Below the pieces are notes generated by a model, which was given only the letters and a program-made list of their open reading frames with translations, ran no database searches and had not been told where the DNA came from. DNA of 64,000 bases. Source: Candidatus Binatia bacterium. Its GTDB lineage: Bacteria > Desulfobacterota > Binatia > Bin18. Of this stretch, positions 48,795 through 59,081 are shown piece by piece. How positions within the stretch are numbered: position 1 is the stretch's first letter; each line of letters opens with the position of its first letter. The stretch covers positions 94,015 to 158,014 of the forward strand of contig CAXXHG010000038.1 in NCBI GenBank assembly GCA_963666315.2. Reading direction: 5' to 3'. The translations under genes and the position numbers were made by a program.

Positions 48795-51221
48795 ATGGTG
48801 CTGAGAAGAAAACCGCGGCAGCGGCCGCAGTACGGGCGGGAGCGGTCCTTCCTTGATGAGGGCGGCTGGGTCCTGTGTACCGCGCTGACAATATTCTTTG
48901 CTTTAGCCTTCTCTTCGTATCAGCCGGGTGTTGCGGAGAGTAATCAGGTCGGCCAGGCCGGCTATGTCTTGGCAGACTTCTTGTGTCGGGCTTTTGGTCT
49001 GGCTTGTTATGTCATTCCCGGGATGTTGTTGTTCGGGATGGCGCTGCGATTTCGTTTAGTCCGCTGTCCTGCGCCGCTGATTCAGGCTGTTTCTTTTGTC
49101 GTCTTCACGCTGGCGAGCGCGGCTTTTTTGGCTTTGTGGCTTGATGGGCGCCCGCTCTTTGAGGCCGGAGGCTGGGTCGGCGGATTCATTGCTCTGCATC
49201 TCCGACAAGCCGGGAATCTTGTCGGCGCTTATTTATTTCTGTTACCGCTCTTGCTCCTGTCTTTTATGGGAACGGCGCAGATCTCGCTGGTGAAAGCCGG
49301 AGCCGCCGTACTGTCTGGAGGGAGCATCCTGGGACTGTTTGTGTGGCGTCGCCTGCGAACGATTCCGCACCAGGGGCGGCACCTGGTGGCGAGATTGACG
49401 ACGTGGTGCAGGCAGCGGCGCAGAAGAGACGCTGACCTCCCGAGCTCTGAAGAGTGTGGATCTCAGGTCTATCGCCTTGAGAAAGAACCGGCGCGACCAG
49501 GTGTGTCGGGGAAGAAAAAGGTCCGTCCGGGCCAAGCGCAAGAGGATGAAGCAGGCGCAGCGAGGCAAGAGGCCAAGCCTCCGATCATCATCAGCCGGCC
49601 GTCCTCCTCGGAAGACAGAGCGAAGAAGGGTCCCTCCCGTCCGGCCTTCGTGCCCAGCCCGACACAGGGGGTGGATAATCGGCCGTATCACCTCCCGTCC
49701 CTGTCCTTGCTTGATCCGCCCGTCCGGTTAGCGGTGAAGGTTGATGAAGGGGCGCTCCACGCCAGCTCACAGATTTTGGAAAGTAAATTGAATGACTTTG
49801 GTGTGGCCGGGAGCGTGGTCGCCGTGCGACCAGGGCCAGTGATTACAACCTATGAGTTTGAGCCCGCCCCGGGTGTCAAAGTCAATAGAATTGTCTCATT
49901 GGCCGATGATCTGCAGATGGCCTTGCGCGCGGTCTCCGTCCGTATCCTGGCCCCGATTCCTGGCAAAGCCGTTGTGGGTATAGAAGTCTCGAACCCCAAA
50001 CGCGAGAAGGTGTGTCTACAGGAGATTCTGAGCAGCACGGTATGTCAGCAAACGGAATCGCCTCTGGCGCTTGCTCTGGGCAAAGATACGGTCGGCAATC
50101 CCGTGGTCGCCGATCTCTCGCGTATGCCCCATCTACTCGTTGCCGGGGCGACGGGGACAGGGAAATCGGTCTCCCTCAACGTCATAATTATGAGTATCTT
50201 GGCCCGCGCGACGCCCCGAGACGTGCGCTTCATCATGATAGACCCGAAGATGCTGGAGCTGTCGCTGTACGAAGGGCTGCCGCATCAGCTTTCGCATGTG
50301 ATTACGAATCCCAAAGAAGCTGGTGTTGCCCTACTCGAGATCGTCCGGCGCATGGAATATCGCTATAAGCTGCTCAAGGATAAGGGCGTGCGGAGCATTG
50401 CCGCGTATAACCGCGCGCTCGAAACCGGGGAAGTGGAAACAGACGGGATTATTAAGCTGACGGAGGTCATTCACGACGATGAAGACGAGGCCGGGCCGGC
50501 TGCCCCAACACGTCCATCCCAGGCTGCCCTTGAACTGAAGCATGAACGCTTACCCTATCTCATTGTCTTGGTCGATGAATTCGCAGACCTCATGTTGACG
50601 GTTGGTCGAGAGATCGAGGAACCGATCACCCGGCTGGCGCAAATGGGCCGTGCCGCGGGCATCCATTTGATTCTGGCAACCCAGCGCCCGTCGGTTGACG
50701 TCATCACCGGACTGATCAAAGCGAATTTCCCGGCGCGGGCCTCATTTCAGGTGTCGTCTCGCATTGACTCTCGGACGATTTTGGATGCCATTGGGGCGGA
50801 ACGCCTTTTGGGCGATGGCGATATGCTGTTTCTGCCCCCGGGCAGTGCGAAGCCGCAGCGTATTCACGGTGCCTTTGTTTCAGAGCCGGAGATCCGCAAG
50901 TTTGTTGGCGCGATTAAGAAGCAGGGCAAACCCGTCTTCGATGCGGACTTGGTCTCTGCGCTGGAAACCGCGCGTACGCAGAAGGGCACCAACCAGCAGG
51001 AGGACGACGATTACGACGAGATGTATGAGCAGGCACGTGAGCTGGTGATAGAGAGCCGCCAAGCGTCTATCTCGTGGATCCAGCGGCGTTTGCGGGTGGG
51101 CTATAACCGGGCAGCGCGAATGATCGAACGCATGGAACGCGAGGGGCTCGTGGCCCCTGCGGGTGCAGCCGGGACACCGCGCGAGGTCCTCGTTCAAGCG
51201 CAGCAGGCAGTGGTAGAGTAG
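48795..51221 (+). CDS. ftsK: DNA translocase FtsK
   Basis: N-terminal TMs, PHLLVAGATGTGKS, DEFADL, ATQRPSVDVITG, gamma domain RLRVGYNRAAR. Confidence 0.96.
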   Translation: MVLRRKPRQRPQYGRERSFLDEGGWVLCTALTIFFALAFSSYQPGVAESNQVGQAGYVLADFLCRAFGLACYVIPGMLLFGMALRFRLVRCPAPLIQAVSFVVFTLASAAFLALWLDGRPLFEAGGWVGGFIALHLRQAGNLVGAYLFLLPLLLLSFMGTAQISLVKAGAAVLSGGSILGLFVWRRLRTIPHQGRHLVARLTTWCRQRRRRDADLPSSEECGSQVYRLEKEPARPGVSGKKKVRPGQAQEDEAGAARQEAKPPIIISRPSSSEDRAKKGPSRPAFVPSPTQGVDNRPYHLPSLSLLDPPVRLAVKVDEGALHASSQILESKLNDFGVAGSVVAVRPGPVITTYEFEPAPGVKVNRIVSLADDLQMALRAVSVRILAPIPGKAVVGIEVSNPKREKVCLQEILSSTVCQQTESPLALALGKDTVGNPVVADLSRMPHLLVAGATGTGKSVSLNVIIMSILARATPRDVRFIMIDPKMLELSLYEGLPHQLSHVITNPKEAGVALLEIVRRMEYRYKLLKDKGVRSIAAYNRALETGEVETDGIIKLTEVIHDDEDEAGPAAPTRPSQAALELKHERLPYLIVLVDEFADLMLTVGREIEEPITRLAQMGRAAGIHLILATQRPSVDVITGLIKANFPARASFQVSSRIDSRTILDAIGAERLLGDGDMLFLPPGSAKPQRIHGAFVSEPEIRKFVGAIKKQGKPVFDADLVSALETARTQKGTNQQEDDDYDEMYEQARELVIESRQASISWIQRRLRVGYNRAARMIERMEREGLVAPAGAAGTPREVLVQAQQAVVE

Positions 51222-51297
51222 GCAGCGAGCGTCCTTACAACTATCTATTCTCTCGCACGCACGCTTCTTTTCTCATCCAGTGGTGTTGATACCTGCA

Positions 51298-52020
51298 ATG
51301 ATACAAAATACTCCGCTCCGTTGTCTGGTTGTTATTCTGGTCTTACTCCTTCCGGTGGACAGTTTCTGTGCGTCACCGTCCGTCCTGGACGCGTCTGGTA
51401 TGCAGGACGGTGACGCCTCCGCACAGGACGACAAAACCGGTGTTGCAGAGGTCGTCGCGCGCTTGCAGGCCCACTACGATGAGACCGACGGTTTTCGAGC
51501 TGATTTTACCCAAGAGGTGACCTCAGCCACCTTGGGGCAGACGCTGAATTCACGCGGACGTGTTTTCTTTAAAAAGCCCGGCCGCATGCGCTGGGAGTTT
51601 GAAGAGCACAAACAAACGCTGGTGTGTGACGGCAGCTTCTTGTGGTTATACCAGCCGGATGAGCAGCAGGTGGTGAAAACCCCTTTTCAACACGCGTTCA
51701 GTTCGCAGACGCCGGTGTCGTTTTTGACCGGGGTGGGGCGGCTGGAAGAGGATTTCTTCGTTGCGCTACAAGGCGAGACAGAGACTGTCTACCGACTGCG
51801 TTTGACGCCGAAAAAAGCGGCCGAGGCAGTCGGTCTTTTGGATATCGAGGTCAGCAAGCAGACGTTCGACATCCTTCAAGCCAGGATGACCGACCCACTC
51901 GGCAATACGACTCGTTTGCGATTTGCGAACATTGAGCGTGGTATTGTTATAGACGAAGCATTGTTCACATTTGAGTTGCCACCGGGCGTTGATCTGGTTG
52001 AGCCGTTGTCCGGTTTGTAA
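51298..52020 (+). CDS. lolA: outer-membrane lipoprotein carrier LolA
   Basis: FRADFTQ, KKPGRMRWE, DGSFLWLYQP, FTFELPPGVDLV; follows ftsK. Confidence 0.9.
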   Translation: MIQNTPLRCLVVILVLLLPVDSFCASPSVLDASGMQDGDASAQDDKTGVAEVVARLQAHYDETDGFRADFTQEVTSATLGQTLNSRGRVFFKKPGRMRWEFEEHKQTLVCDGSFLWLYQPDEQQVVKTPFQHAFSSQTPVSFLTGVGRLEEDFFVALQGETETVYRLRLTPKKAAEAVGLLDIEVSKQTFDILQARMTDPLGNTTRLRFANIERGIVIDEALFTFELPPGVDLVEPLSGL

Positions 52021-52111
52021 AGAAGAGGGCAACCGTTGGTTGGGCTCTGCAACAAGAAACGCTAAGAGTCGCCATTCGCTTTGAGGTGAGAATTCGTCTA
52101 TCCTTATTCTG

Positions 52112-52150
52112 AGGGCCTGGACTGCAAAGCCGGGACCCTTTCCTTTTCCC
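52112..52150 (+). terminator. terminator-like hairpin after lolA
   Basis: AGGGCCTGGACT-GCAA-AGCCGGGACCCT then pyrimidine tract. Confidence 0.5.
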
Positions 52151-52284
52151 CTCCCCTCCCTTTTTTCCCGTCTAGTCTTTCCGCCTGTTGATGCTCTCGT
52201 TCCTTCTGGACCCTTGCTCGTTGCGCTCATTCAGCGCTGATTGCAAGCACACGGCGCCACGTCTAGCGGGGAAACCCCACGCAC

Positions 52285-52311
52285 TAAAGTTCAGGCTCTT
52301 TTGCCCGATAC
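52285..52311 (+). promoter_or_regulatory. sigma28 (FliA)-type promoter
   Basis: TAAA-N15-CCCGATAC (consensus TAAA-N15-GCCGATAA) directly upstream of the flagellin remnant. Confidence 0.7.
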
Positions 52312-52328
52312 GAGTAGCAGTGGACGCT

Positions 52329-53334
52329 GTAAAGTTTCAGATCGGCGCCAACGCCAATCAGACCATCACGTTCTCCATCAACAGCGGGAAAACCCAGGAC
52401 CTGGAGGCCAAAGCGGGCAACGGGTCTCGATCAGCAACACTACCTATTCGGACCTGACCGCCACCTCAGCGATTACCATGAACGGGACGTCGGTCACCAT
52501 CGGCATCCAAAGCACGGTAGGCGGCATCGTCGATGCGATCAACGGGCCGTCCACCACGACCGGCGTGTCAGCCAAAGTGGACACTCAGACCTCGGTGAGT
52601 GTGACCGGCTTTGTCGCCCTTACTACGGCCGTCGCCTCAGGCTTTTCGACTACGCTGGCGATTAATGGGGTGAGCATCGTCTTGAATAGCGCCAATTCCA
52701 GTGGGTTTGCCGAGTTTGCCGCCACGGTCAACGCCTTCTCCAACCAAACCGGGGTGGTGGTGACTGGGGTTGCGTCGGCGTACACGTTCACCAATCAAAG
52801 CGTCGGGAACATTGCTATTTCGGGAACATTGCTATTAATGAGCAGTCCACAGGGAGTGTTAATGCGATACAAGACTCGGTTGCCAGCAGTACGGCGACCG
52901 GCTTAACCCAGAGCCTTGAGGCGGGTCTCACGCTGTCGACGAAAATCGGCGGGACGATCTCCGTGACGACGACGGTTGCGGGACTCGATGTGGGGCTGGC
53001 GGCGTTTACGGCGACCGACCAGCGGCTCAATAATGTGTCCATCCTGACCACAGCGGGGTCGAACACGGCGATTGAGACCATCGACTTCGCGCTGGATCAG
53101 CTGAATAGTATTCGGAGCGGTATTGGTGCGGTCCAGAACCGATTCTCCTCAACCATCAACAGCTTGTAGGTGGCCGGGGAAAACCTGTCCGCAGCCCGAT
53201 CCCAGATTCGGGACGCGGACGCGGCGCGTGAGACTGCGGAACTGACCCGAAACCAGATTCTCCTTCAGGCCGGTGTGTCTGTGTTAGCACAGGCCAACCA
53301 GCTGCCACAGATCGCCTTGTCCCTCCTCCAATAA
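52329..53334 (+). pseudogene. fliC: flagellin pseudogene (5' deletion, frameshifts, internal TAG)
   Basis: FQIGANANQTITFSI; AIETIDFALDQLNSIRSGIGAVQNRF, TAG at 53167-53169, then [40 protein letters not shown]; 17-bp tandem duplication at 52803-52836. Confidence 0.93.
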
Positions 53335-53486
53335 TAATCCGGGCTTAACCGAGCGGGCAGCGCGCTCGCCCGACCGAGTAAGCGGATGAGTTTGAGGATA
53401 CAAATGGCAACCGGAAGACAAACAAGAGCAAGTTCCTGGCGGCGTCTCACGCCGGCAGGACAGCCTCCTACTCCTCCCATACTCTA

Positions 53487-53525
53487 AGGGCCAGGTCTGC
53501 AAATCCGGCCCCCTTTCTTTTTTTC
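53487..53525 (+). terminator. terminator-like hairpin after fliC remnant
   Basis: AGGGCCAGGTCT-GCAA-ATCCGGCCCCCT then T-rich tract. Confidence 0.5.
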
Positions 53526-53770
53526 TCTTCGTAAATCAATAATTCTTAGCGGTTAAGCCTCTAGCGGTGCTAGTTGGGCTGTGGGACTCGCCGAGACTAA
53601 CCGGGGTGCTTGGGCTCGGGATGGTCAATGGGCCTGACCGACAAAAGGGATGGGCTGGACCGTAAGACTTCGCTGTCCGCAAAATGCGCCACACCTTGCA
53701 AGAACACAGAGATGATGTCAAAAAAGGGAGCCTCTCGGGTCAACCAGAAACACGAGGCGAGGAGGAGCGC

Positions 53771-54937
53771 ATGGAATCGCTGCGAGGAAAAGTCGCCATT
53801 GTCGGAGCGGCGGACACTGACGTCGGTGTAGTGCCGCAGTTCAGTACGACACAAATGTACGTCAATGCGGCCAAACGGGCGTTAGAAGACGCTGGTATCA
53901 CAAAAAATGACGTTGACGGGCTGATTACCTGCAACTCGTTTGTTGAACCGTATATGTATCACGCTGAGATGATAGCCGAGTATATGCAGATCTTTCCGCG
54001 CTATTGTCTAAATGTGGCGACCGGCGGCGGGACGACCTTGGCCATCATGCACCATGCTGCGTCGGCCATTGCCAACGGCGTGTGTAATACTGTGCTCATC
54101 ACCATGGCCGATAATATGCTGTCAGGCTTATCCCGAGATCTGGCGATTGAAGCCATGTCCACCGCGGGCCATGCCCAGTTTGAACGTCCCTATGGCCCGC
54201 CGATTCCGGCTTTTTATGCGCTCATTGCCCAGGCGCATATGCACGCCTATGGCACCACGAGCGAACAATTAGCAGCGGTAGCGGTGGCGTGCCGGAAACA
54301 TGCATCTATGAATCCGGCTGCCCAAATGCGCGATCCGATTACCATTCAGGATGTGGTCAACTCAAGAATGATTGCCCAGCCACTTCATCTTTTGGACTGC
54401 TCATTAGTGTCAGATGGCGGCGCGGCGATTATCCTGACCTCAGCCGAACGTGCCAAGGATTTCCCGCATCAGCCGGTTTATATTCTCGGTGCAGGCGAGG
54501 GACACTCGCACGAGCACATTAGCCAGGCGCAGAGTTTGACAACGTCTGCGGCAAAAGAGGCGGGCGAGCGCGCGTATGCTATGGCCGGCCTAGGGCCCAA
54601 AGACATTGATGTGGCCGAACTATACGACTGCTTCACGCCAGTGGTGGTGATCGAGCTGGAGGATCTGGGCTTTTGTGCCAAGGGTGAAGGGGGCAGTTTT
54701 GTTGAGAATGGCCGGATTGAACTCGGGGGCGAGTTGCCCATCAACACCCACGGGGGACTGATGTCGCACTGTCATCCCGGCCATCCCGGGTCGATGTTTT
54801 CCGTCACTGAGGCGGTGTTTCAGTTGCGCGGTGACTGTGGTCCGCGTCAGGTCAAAGATGCGGAAATTGCCTTTGTGCATGCACAGGGCGGGATTATGTC
54901 CACCCACTGTTCCATGATTCTCGGCAGTGGACTCTAG
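53771..54937 (+). CDS. thiolase-like (SCP-x/lipid-transfer type) protein
   Basis: VAIVGAA, LDCSLVSDGGAA, AELYDCFT, PINTHGGLMS; SD GAGGAG. Confidence 0.9.
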   Translation: MESLRGKVAIVGAADTDVGVVPQFSTTQMYVNAAKRALEDAGITKNDVDGLITCNSFVEPYMYHAEMIAEYMQIFPRYCLNVATGGGTTLAIMHHAASAIANGVCNTVLITMADNMLSGLSRDLAIEAMSTAGHAQFERPYGPPIPAFYALIAQAHMHAYGTTSEQLAAVAVACRKHASMNPAAQMRDPITIQDVVNSRMIAQPLHLLDCSLVSDGGAAIILTSAERAKDFPHQPVYILGAGEGHSHEHISQAQSLTTSAAKEAGERAYAMAGLGPKDIDVAELYDCFTPVVVIELEDLGFCAKGEGGSFVENGRIELGGELPINTHGGLMSHCHPGHPGSMFSVTEAVFQLRGDCGPRQVKDAEIAFVHAQGGIMSTHCSMILGSGL

Positions 54938-54977
54938 AAAAGGAAGCTACATAATAACGACACCCCAGGAGATACCT

Positions 54978-55379
54978 ATGGAAAAGCAGCTGCCCGTTCC
55001 GACCAGCGAAACTCAGCCGTACTGGGAGGGCTGTCACAATCATGAATTGCGCATTCAGAAATGCCCGGCCTGCGGTCACCATCAGTTTTATCCGCGCTTA
55101 TATTGTACGGACTGCATGAGTGACCAGGTCGAATGGGTTCGCGCGTCCGGCCGGGGAACCGTCTTATCGTTTACGATAGTGTATCGCCCGGTGACCAAAG
55201 CCTTTGCTGCAGACGTGCCGTATGTGGTGGCCCTTGTGACGCTGGACGAAGGGCCACAAATGATGAGCAATATTGTCGAGTGTGAGCCTCAGCAAGTCAG
55301 TATCGGTATGCCGGTTACGGTGACCTTTGAGGATTGGTCTGAGGAGATTTCGGTTCTGAAATTTCGGCCTTGGGCATAA
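54978..55379 (+). CDS. Zn-ribbon/OB-fold (DUF35) protein
   Basis: PYWEG, CPACG..YPRLYCTDC, SGRGTVLSFT, LDEGPQMMSN. Confidence 0.92.
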   Translation: MEKQLPVPTSETQPYWEGCHNHELRIQKCPACGHHQFYPRLYCTDCMSDQVEWVRASGRGTVLSFTIVYRPVTKAFAADVPYVVALVTLDEGPQMMSNIVECEPQQVSIGMPVTVTFEDWSEEISVLKFRPWA

Positions 55380-55477
55380 CGCGGAATAGCGCGAATAACG
55401 CTGGCATGGGTAGGATGCGCTTGCGCTGATTGGTCTCCGGCTTCCATAGGTTAGGATGCACATGGGAAGACCCGTCT

Positions 55478-56965
55478 ATGCTGTACGACATCGTCATTCG
55501 TAAAGGGACGGTCATCGACGGCTCTAGCCGACCTGGGGTGCAAGCTGCCGTCGGCCTTCAGGCCGAACGGATTGTTGGGGTTGGTGATTGCGGTGGTGAG
55601 ACTCGACAGACGCTTGACGCCACGGGCTGTATTGTTGCCCCAGGGTTTATTGACGTCCATTCCCACGACGATTTTGCTGTGCTTGATCGCCCCGAGTGTG
55701 ACTTCAAGATCCTGCAGGGCGTGACGACAGAGGTGGTCGGGAACTGTGGCTTTGGCGCAGCTCCGGCAAACGCTGCCTATAGAGATTTTTTACGCGGATT
55801 CGGGCCTCTCCTGTTCGGTCCGCTTGGACGTTTTGACTGGGAGACGACTGAGGGATTTTATCAAGCGCTTGAGGCTCGGCTGGCCGCAGTGAATGTTGCC
55901 AGCCTGGTGCCGCATGCTGCTGTCCGCTACGGCGTGCTGCCTGACGAAAAACGTGAACCGTCTGCCCACGAACTGACGCAGAGGCAAGACCTGGTGCGTG
56001 AGGGGATGGAAGCTGGGGCGGTCGGGCTGGCAACCGGCTTGTTCTATGCCCCCGGTCGTTATGCTCAGACGGAAGAAGTGATTGCCCTGGCGCAAGTGGT
56101 GGCGGAGTACGGTGGGGTGTATGCCTCCCATATGCGGGACGAGGCTGAGCATCTGCTCGACTCGATCAACGAAACGGTGCGCATTGGCGAAGAAGCTGGA
56201 GTAGCGGTCCAGATTTCCCACCATAAGGTTATGGGGCGGAGTAACTGGGGCAACGTCAACAAGAGTTTGGCTTTGCTTGAACAGGCCCGTACGCGTGGTT
56301 TAGCAATTACCTCAGACGCCTACCCGTACACGGCCGGCAGCACAACGCTGGCGGCATTGGTCCAGGGCGGCGTGCTAGAACGTTCTGCCCCGAGTGATGT
56401 TCTGATTGCCTCAACGCCGTCCCGACACGACTATGAGGGCAAAACCTTACAGGAAATTTGCCAACTGACCGGAAAGCCACTCCAGGCGACTGTCAACGAG
56501 CTGCTTGCAGGAGAGGGTGCGAGTACGATCGCCGTAATCTTTGGTATGGATGAGACCGATGTGCGTCGCGTGTTGGCCCATCCCACGACTATGATCGGCT
56601 CTGACGGCATCCCGTCGATTGAAGGAAAGCCGCATCCGTGTTTGTATGGCACTTTTGCCCGCGTCTTAGGAAAATATGTCCGCGAAACAGGCCTGCTCAC
56701 TCTGGAGGATGCTGTCCATAAGATGACGGGGCTATCCGCCGAGAAATTCCATCTCACGAATCGTGGCCACATCCGTGCAGGGGCGTATGCCGATATTGTG
56801 GTCTTCGATCCACACACTATTGCCGATGTGGGGACGTACCAAGAGCCCCGCCGGTATCCTCCCGGCGTCAGCTATGTCCTGGTGAATGGTCGGACTGTTG
56901 TCGACCGCGGTCAGCATACCGGCGTTTGCAATGGACGTCTGCTGCGCCACCGTCCTGTACATTAA
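55478..56965 (+). CDS. N-acyl-D-amino-acid deacylase family amidohydrolase
   Basis: APGFIDVHSHDD, GNCG, SHMRDE, ISHHK, IGSDG. Confidence 0.92.
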   Translation: MLYDIVIRKGTVIDGSSRPGVQAAVGLQAERIVGVGDCGGETRQTLDATGCIVAPGFIDVHSHDDFAVLDRPECDFKILQGVTTEVVGNCGFGAAPANAAYRDFLRGFGPLLFGPLGRFDWETTEGFYQALEARLAAVNVASLVPHAAVRYGVLPDEKREPSAHELTQRQDLVREGMEAGAVGLATGLFYAPGRYAQTEEVIALAQVVAEYGGVYASHMRDEAEHLLDSINETVRIGEEAGVAVQISHHKVMGRSNWGNVNKSLALLEQARTRGLAITSDAYPYTAGSTTLAALVQGGVLERSAPSDVLIASTPSRHDYEGKTLQEICQLTGKPLQATVNELLAGEGASTIAVIFGMDETDVRRVLAHPTTMIGSDGIPSIEGKPHPCLYGTFARVLGKYVRETGLLTLEDAVHKMTGLSAEKFHLTNRGHIRAGAYADIVVFDPHTIADVGTYQEPRRYPPGVSYVLVNGRTVVDRGQHTGVCNGRLLRHRPVH

Positions 56966-57031
56966 AAACTCTGCTTTTTCCGTCTCGAACATATTCCCAT
57001 GCGTAAGCCTTTGTGATCGGTCGATAGAGCT

Positions 57032-57511
57032 TTACCCCTCGTCTGATATGGGATGAAAACCTTCAAGCTCAGTCAGCCGCCCTTCGCTCAGGACCTGGAC
57101 CACCCATTGATGCCCTTCCTCCGCTTCCTGACGTTCTCTCCATTGCAAGCCGTATAGCGCCTGGGCCTCCTCCGCTACTTCGTCCTCTTCCTCTAGGAGC
57201 GTATACACGCCCGTCCCAAACTGCATACCGCCACGTTTTTTCGCCTGGGTAAGATAAGGTGGATACTGCTGGGTTGATACAACGTAGAGCTGATCGGTTC
57301 CGGTCACGTGCTCTTCCCACCCACGCGGCTGCCACATCGGACTAAAGCCGTAATACCAACCCAGCAGGCCCCCGGCGCCACCCAGCATGAATCCCCCCCC
57401 GGCGATGGCTGCGCCAAAGGGAGAATTATACATCCATGCCAGGCTGCCAAAGAATAATCCTGCGAAGCCTGTGACTACCCCAGCATGAGAGAGAATTGTA
57501 ATGAGTCGCAC
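57032..57511 (-). CDS. hypothetical membrane protein (start uncertain)
   Basis: Two Gly-rich hydrophobic segments then a soluble acidic tail. Confidence 0.55.
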   Translation of the reverse strand: MRLITILSHAGVVTGFAGLFFGSLAWMYNSPFGAAIAGGGFMLGGAGGLLGWYYGFSPMWQPRGWEEHVTGTDQLYVVSTQQYPPYLTQAKKRGGMQFGTGVYTLLEEEDEVAEEAQALYGLQWRERQEAEEGHQWVVQVLSEGRLTELEGFHPISDEG

Positions 57512-57682
57512 AGAGAAATATCCTTGCTAATAGAGCATTGCATGCACAAAAGAGCAACTTATGGGAGCGCTGCTCGGGTGTAGCGTGTTTTTTCGTATCC
57601 GACCACTCCCCCGCCTTGGGTTCATATACATACTGTTGCTGATGGTTGCTGAACAGCTATCGTAGCTGCGCCCAAGAAAAGT

Positions 57683-58105
57683 TTGACTACGACCCAGACC
57701 CGGCCCAGCTTGGCTACGCGCCAGGCATGTATGTTTCAGATTGATGAGAAACGCGCCCAACATGAGGCGGCTGAGCATGCCGCCTTCTTTTTGAGTAAAG
57801 CGTTTAAGATTCCGCCTCATTTTTTGATTCCACCCAGCTATTTGACGGAAAAGTCGCTCAGAGGCTTTTTGGCAGCGGGAGAGAGCTCCTTAGGCTCCGC
57901 CATTGCCGGAACACCGAAGACGGTGCTCGACAAGCTGATCGCTGACCACGAATATGTGGGCGGGTTTGGATATATTGTCTGCGGTGCCGGCCCTGGCAAC
58001 GCAACCCATGAACAGACGGTGAAGCATATGACATTATTTCAGAATGAGGTGATGCCTGCATTCAAGAAATACCACGAACAAAAAACGAAAACGCGCCCGT
58101 CGTAG
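57683..58105 (+). pseudogene. C-terminal fragment of an LLM-class flavin-dependent oxidoreductase
   Basis: AIAGTPKTVLDKL..GGFG..THEQTVKHMTLFQNEVMPAF; N-terminal part absent. Confidence 0.7.
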
Positions 58106-58144
58106 AGACCGTTTCGGCATAGTGCAAAGAGCGATTTTGGGCAG

Positions 58145-58175
58145 AAAGGGGATGAAATATTTCATCCCCTTTTTT
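58145..58175 (+). terminator. rho-independent terminator
   Basis: AAAGGGGATGAAA-TA-TTTCATCCCCTTTTTT. Confidence 0.85.
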
Positions 58176-58314
58176 CGTTTCGCTTGCTGAAAGTCTAATT
58201 TCGGCGGGATGTTACCTCAAGTCAGGCATGGACTGCGAACCGCCCTTGTGCGTTTACTCCGTGCTGGGAATGTGTTACCCCTATCAGAAAGCCCACTGCC
58301 GCGAGGAGACAGTC

Positions 58315-59067
58315 ATGTCCGGCCATTCCAAATGGAGCACGATTAAACATAAGAAGGCGGTCAAGGATGCCCGCCGTGGGAAGATGTTCACCAAACTCAT
58401 TAAGGACCTCACCATGGCCGCCCGGATGGGAGGGAGCGACGCGACCACGAACCCACGTCTACGTACGGCGATTGCAGTAGCAAGAGGGGCAAGTATGCCG
58501 GGCGATACCATAGACCGGGCGGTAAAAAAGGGCGCCGGGGAGCTTGAAGGCGTCAGCTACGAGGATGTGACGTACGAAGGCCATGCGCTGGGTGGGGCTG
58601 CCATTCTGCTGCAGACGCTCACCGATAATAAGAATCGGACCGTTTCTGAGGTGCGCCATCTCTTCACAAAAAACGGGGGAAGCTTGGGGCAACCCAATTC
58701 AGTCGCGTGGATGTTTACCCACAAGGGCATTATTAGCATAGAAAAAGATCAGACCGATGAAGATCGGCTCATGGAGATCGCCCTCGATGCCGGAGCGGAA
58801 GATGTCACAGTTGGCGACGGCATGTTCGAAGTGGTGACGGCGCCTAACGGTCTCGAAGATGTGCGGCAGGCCCTCGAAGACGCTCATATTGCGATGGTGT
58901 CTGCAGAAGCGATCATGGTGCCCCAAAATACGGTGAGCCTAGCAGGCAAGGAAGCCGAGCAAACGTTACGCTTGCTGGATGCACTCCAAGAGCTTGATGA
59001 TGTCCAGACGGTTTCTGCTAATGTCGAGATTGCCGAAGAAGAGATGGAAAAGTTGAGCGCGGCGTAA
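58315..59067 (+). CDS. yebC: YebC/PmpR family protein
   Basis: MSGHSKWSTIKHKK, NPRLR, TDNKNRT, LDDVQTV. Confidence 0.96.
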   Translation: MSGHSKWSTIKHKKAVKDARRGKMFTKLIKDLTMAARMGGSDATTNPRLRTAIAVARGASMPGDTIDRAVKKGAGELEGVSYEDVTYEGHALGGAAILLQTLTDNKNRTVSEVRHLFTKNGGSLGQPNSVAWMFTHKGIISIEKDQTDEDRLMEIALDAGAEDVTVGDGMFEVVTAPNGLEDVRQALEDAHIAMVSAEAIMVPQNTVSLAGKEAEQTLRLLDALQELDDVQTVSANVEIAEEEMEKLSAA

Positions 59068-59081
59068 GGGAGGGGGGCGTT

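Noticed and set aside
53340-53700. c-di-GMP or other riboswitch near the flagellin relic
   Set aside because: Could not find the conserved riboswitch motifs on either strand by eye; an Rfam scan would settle it.
53771-55379. Thiolase-like plus DUF35 pair as a new system
   Set aside because: Well-known conserved gene pair in lipid/steroid and acyl-CoA metabolism.
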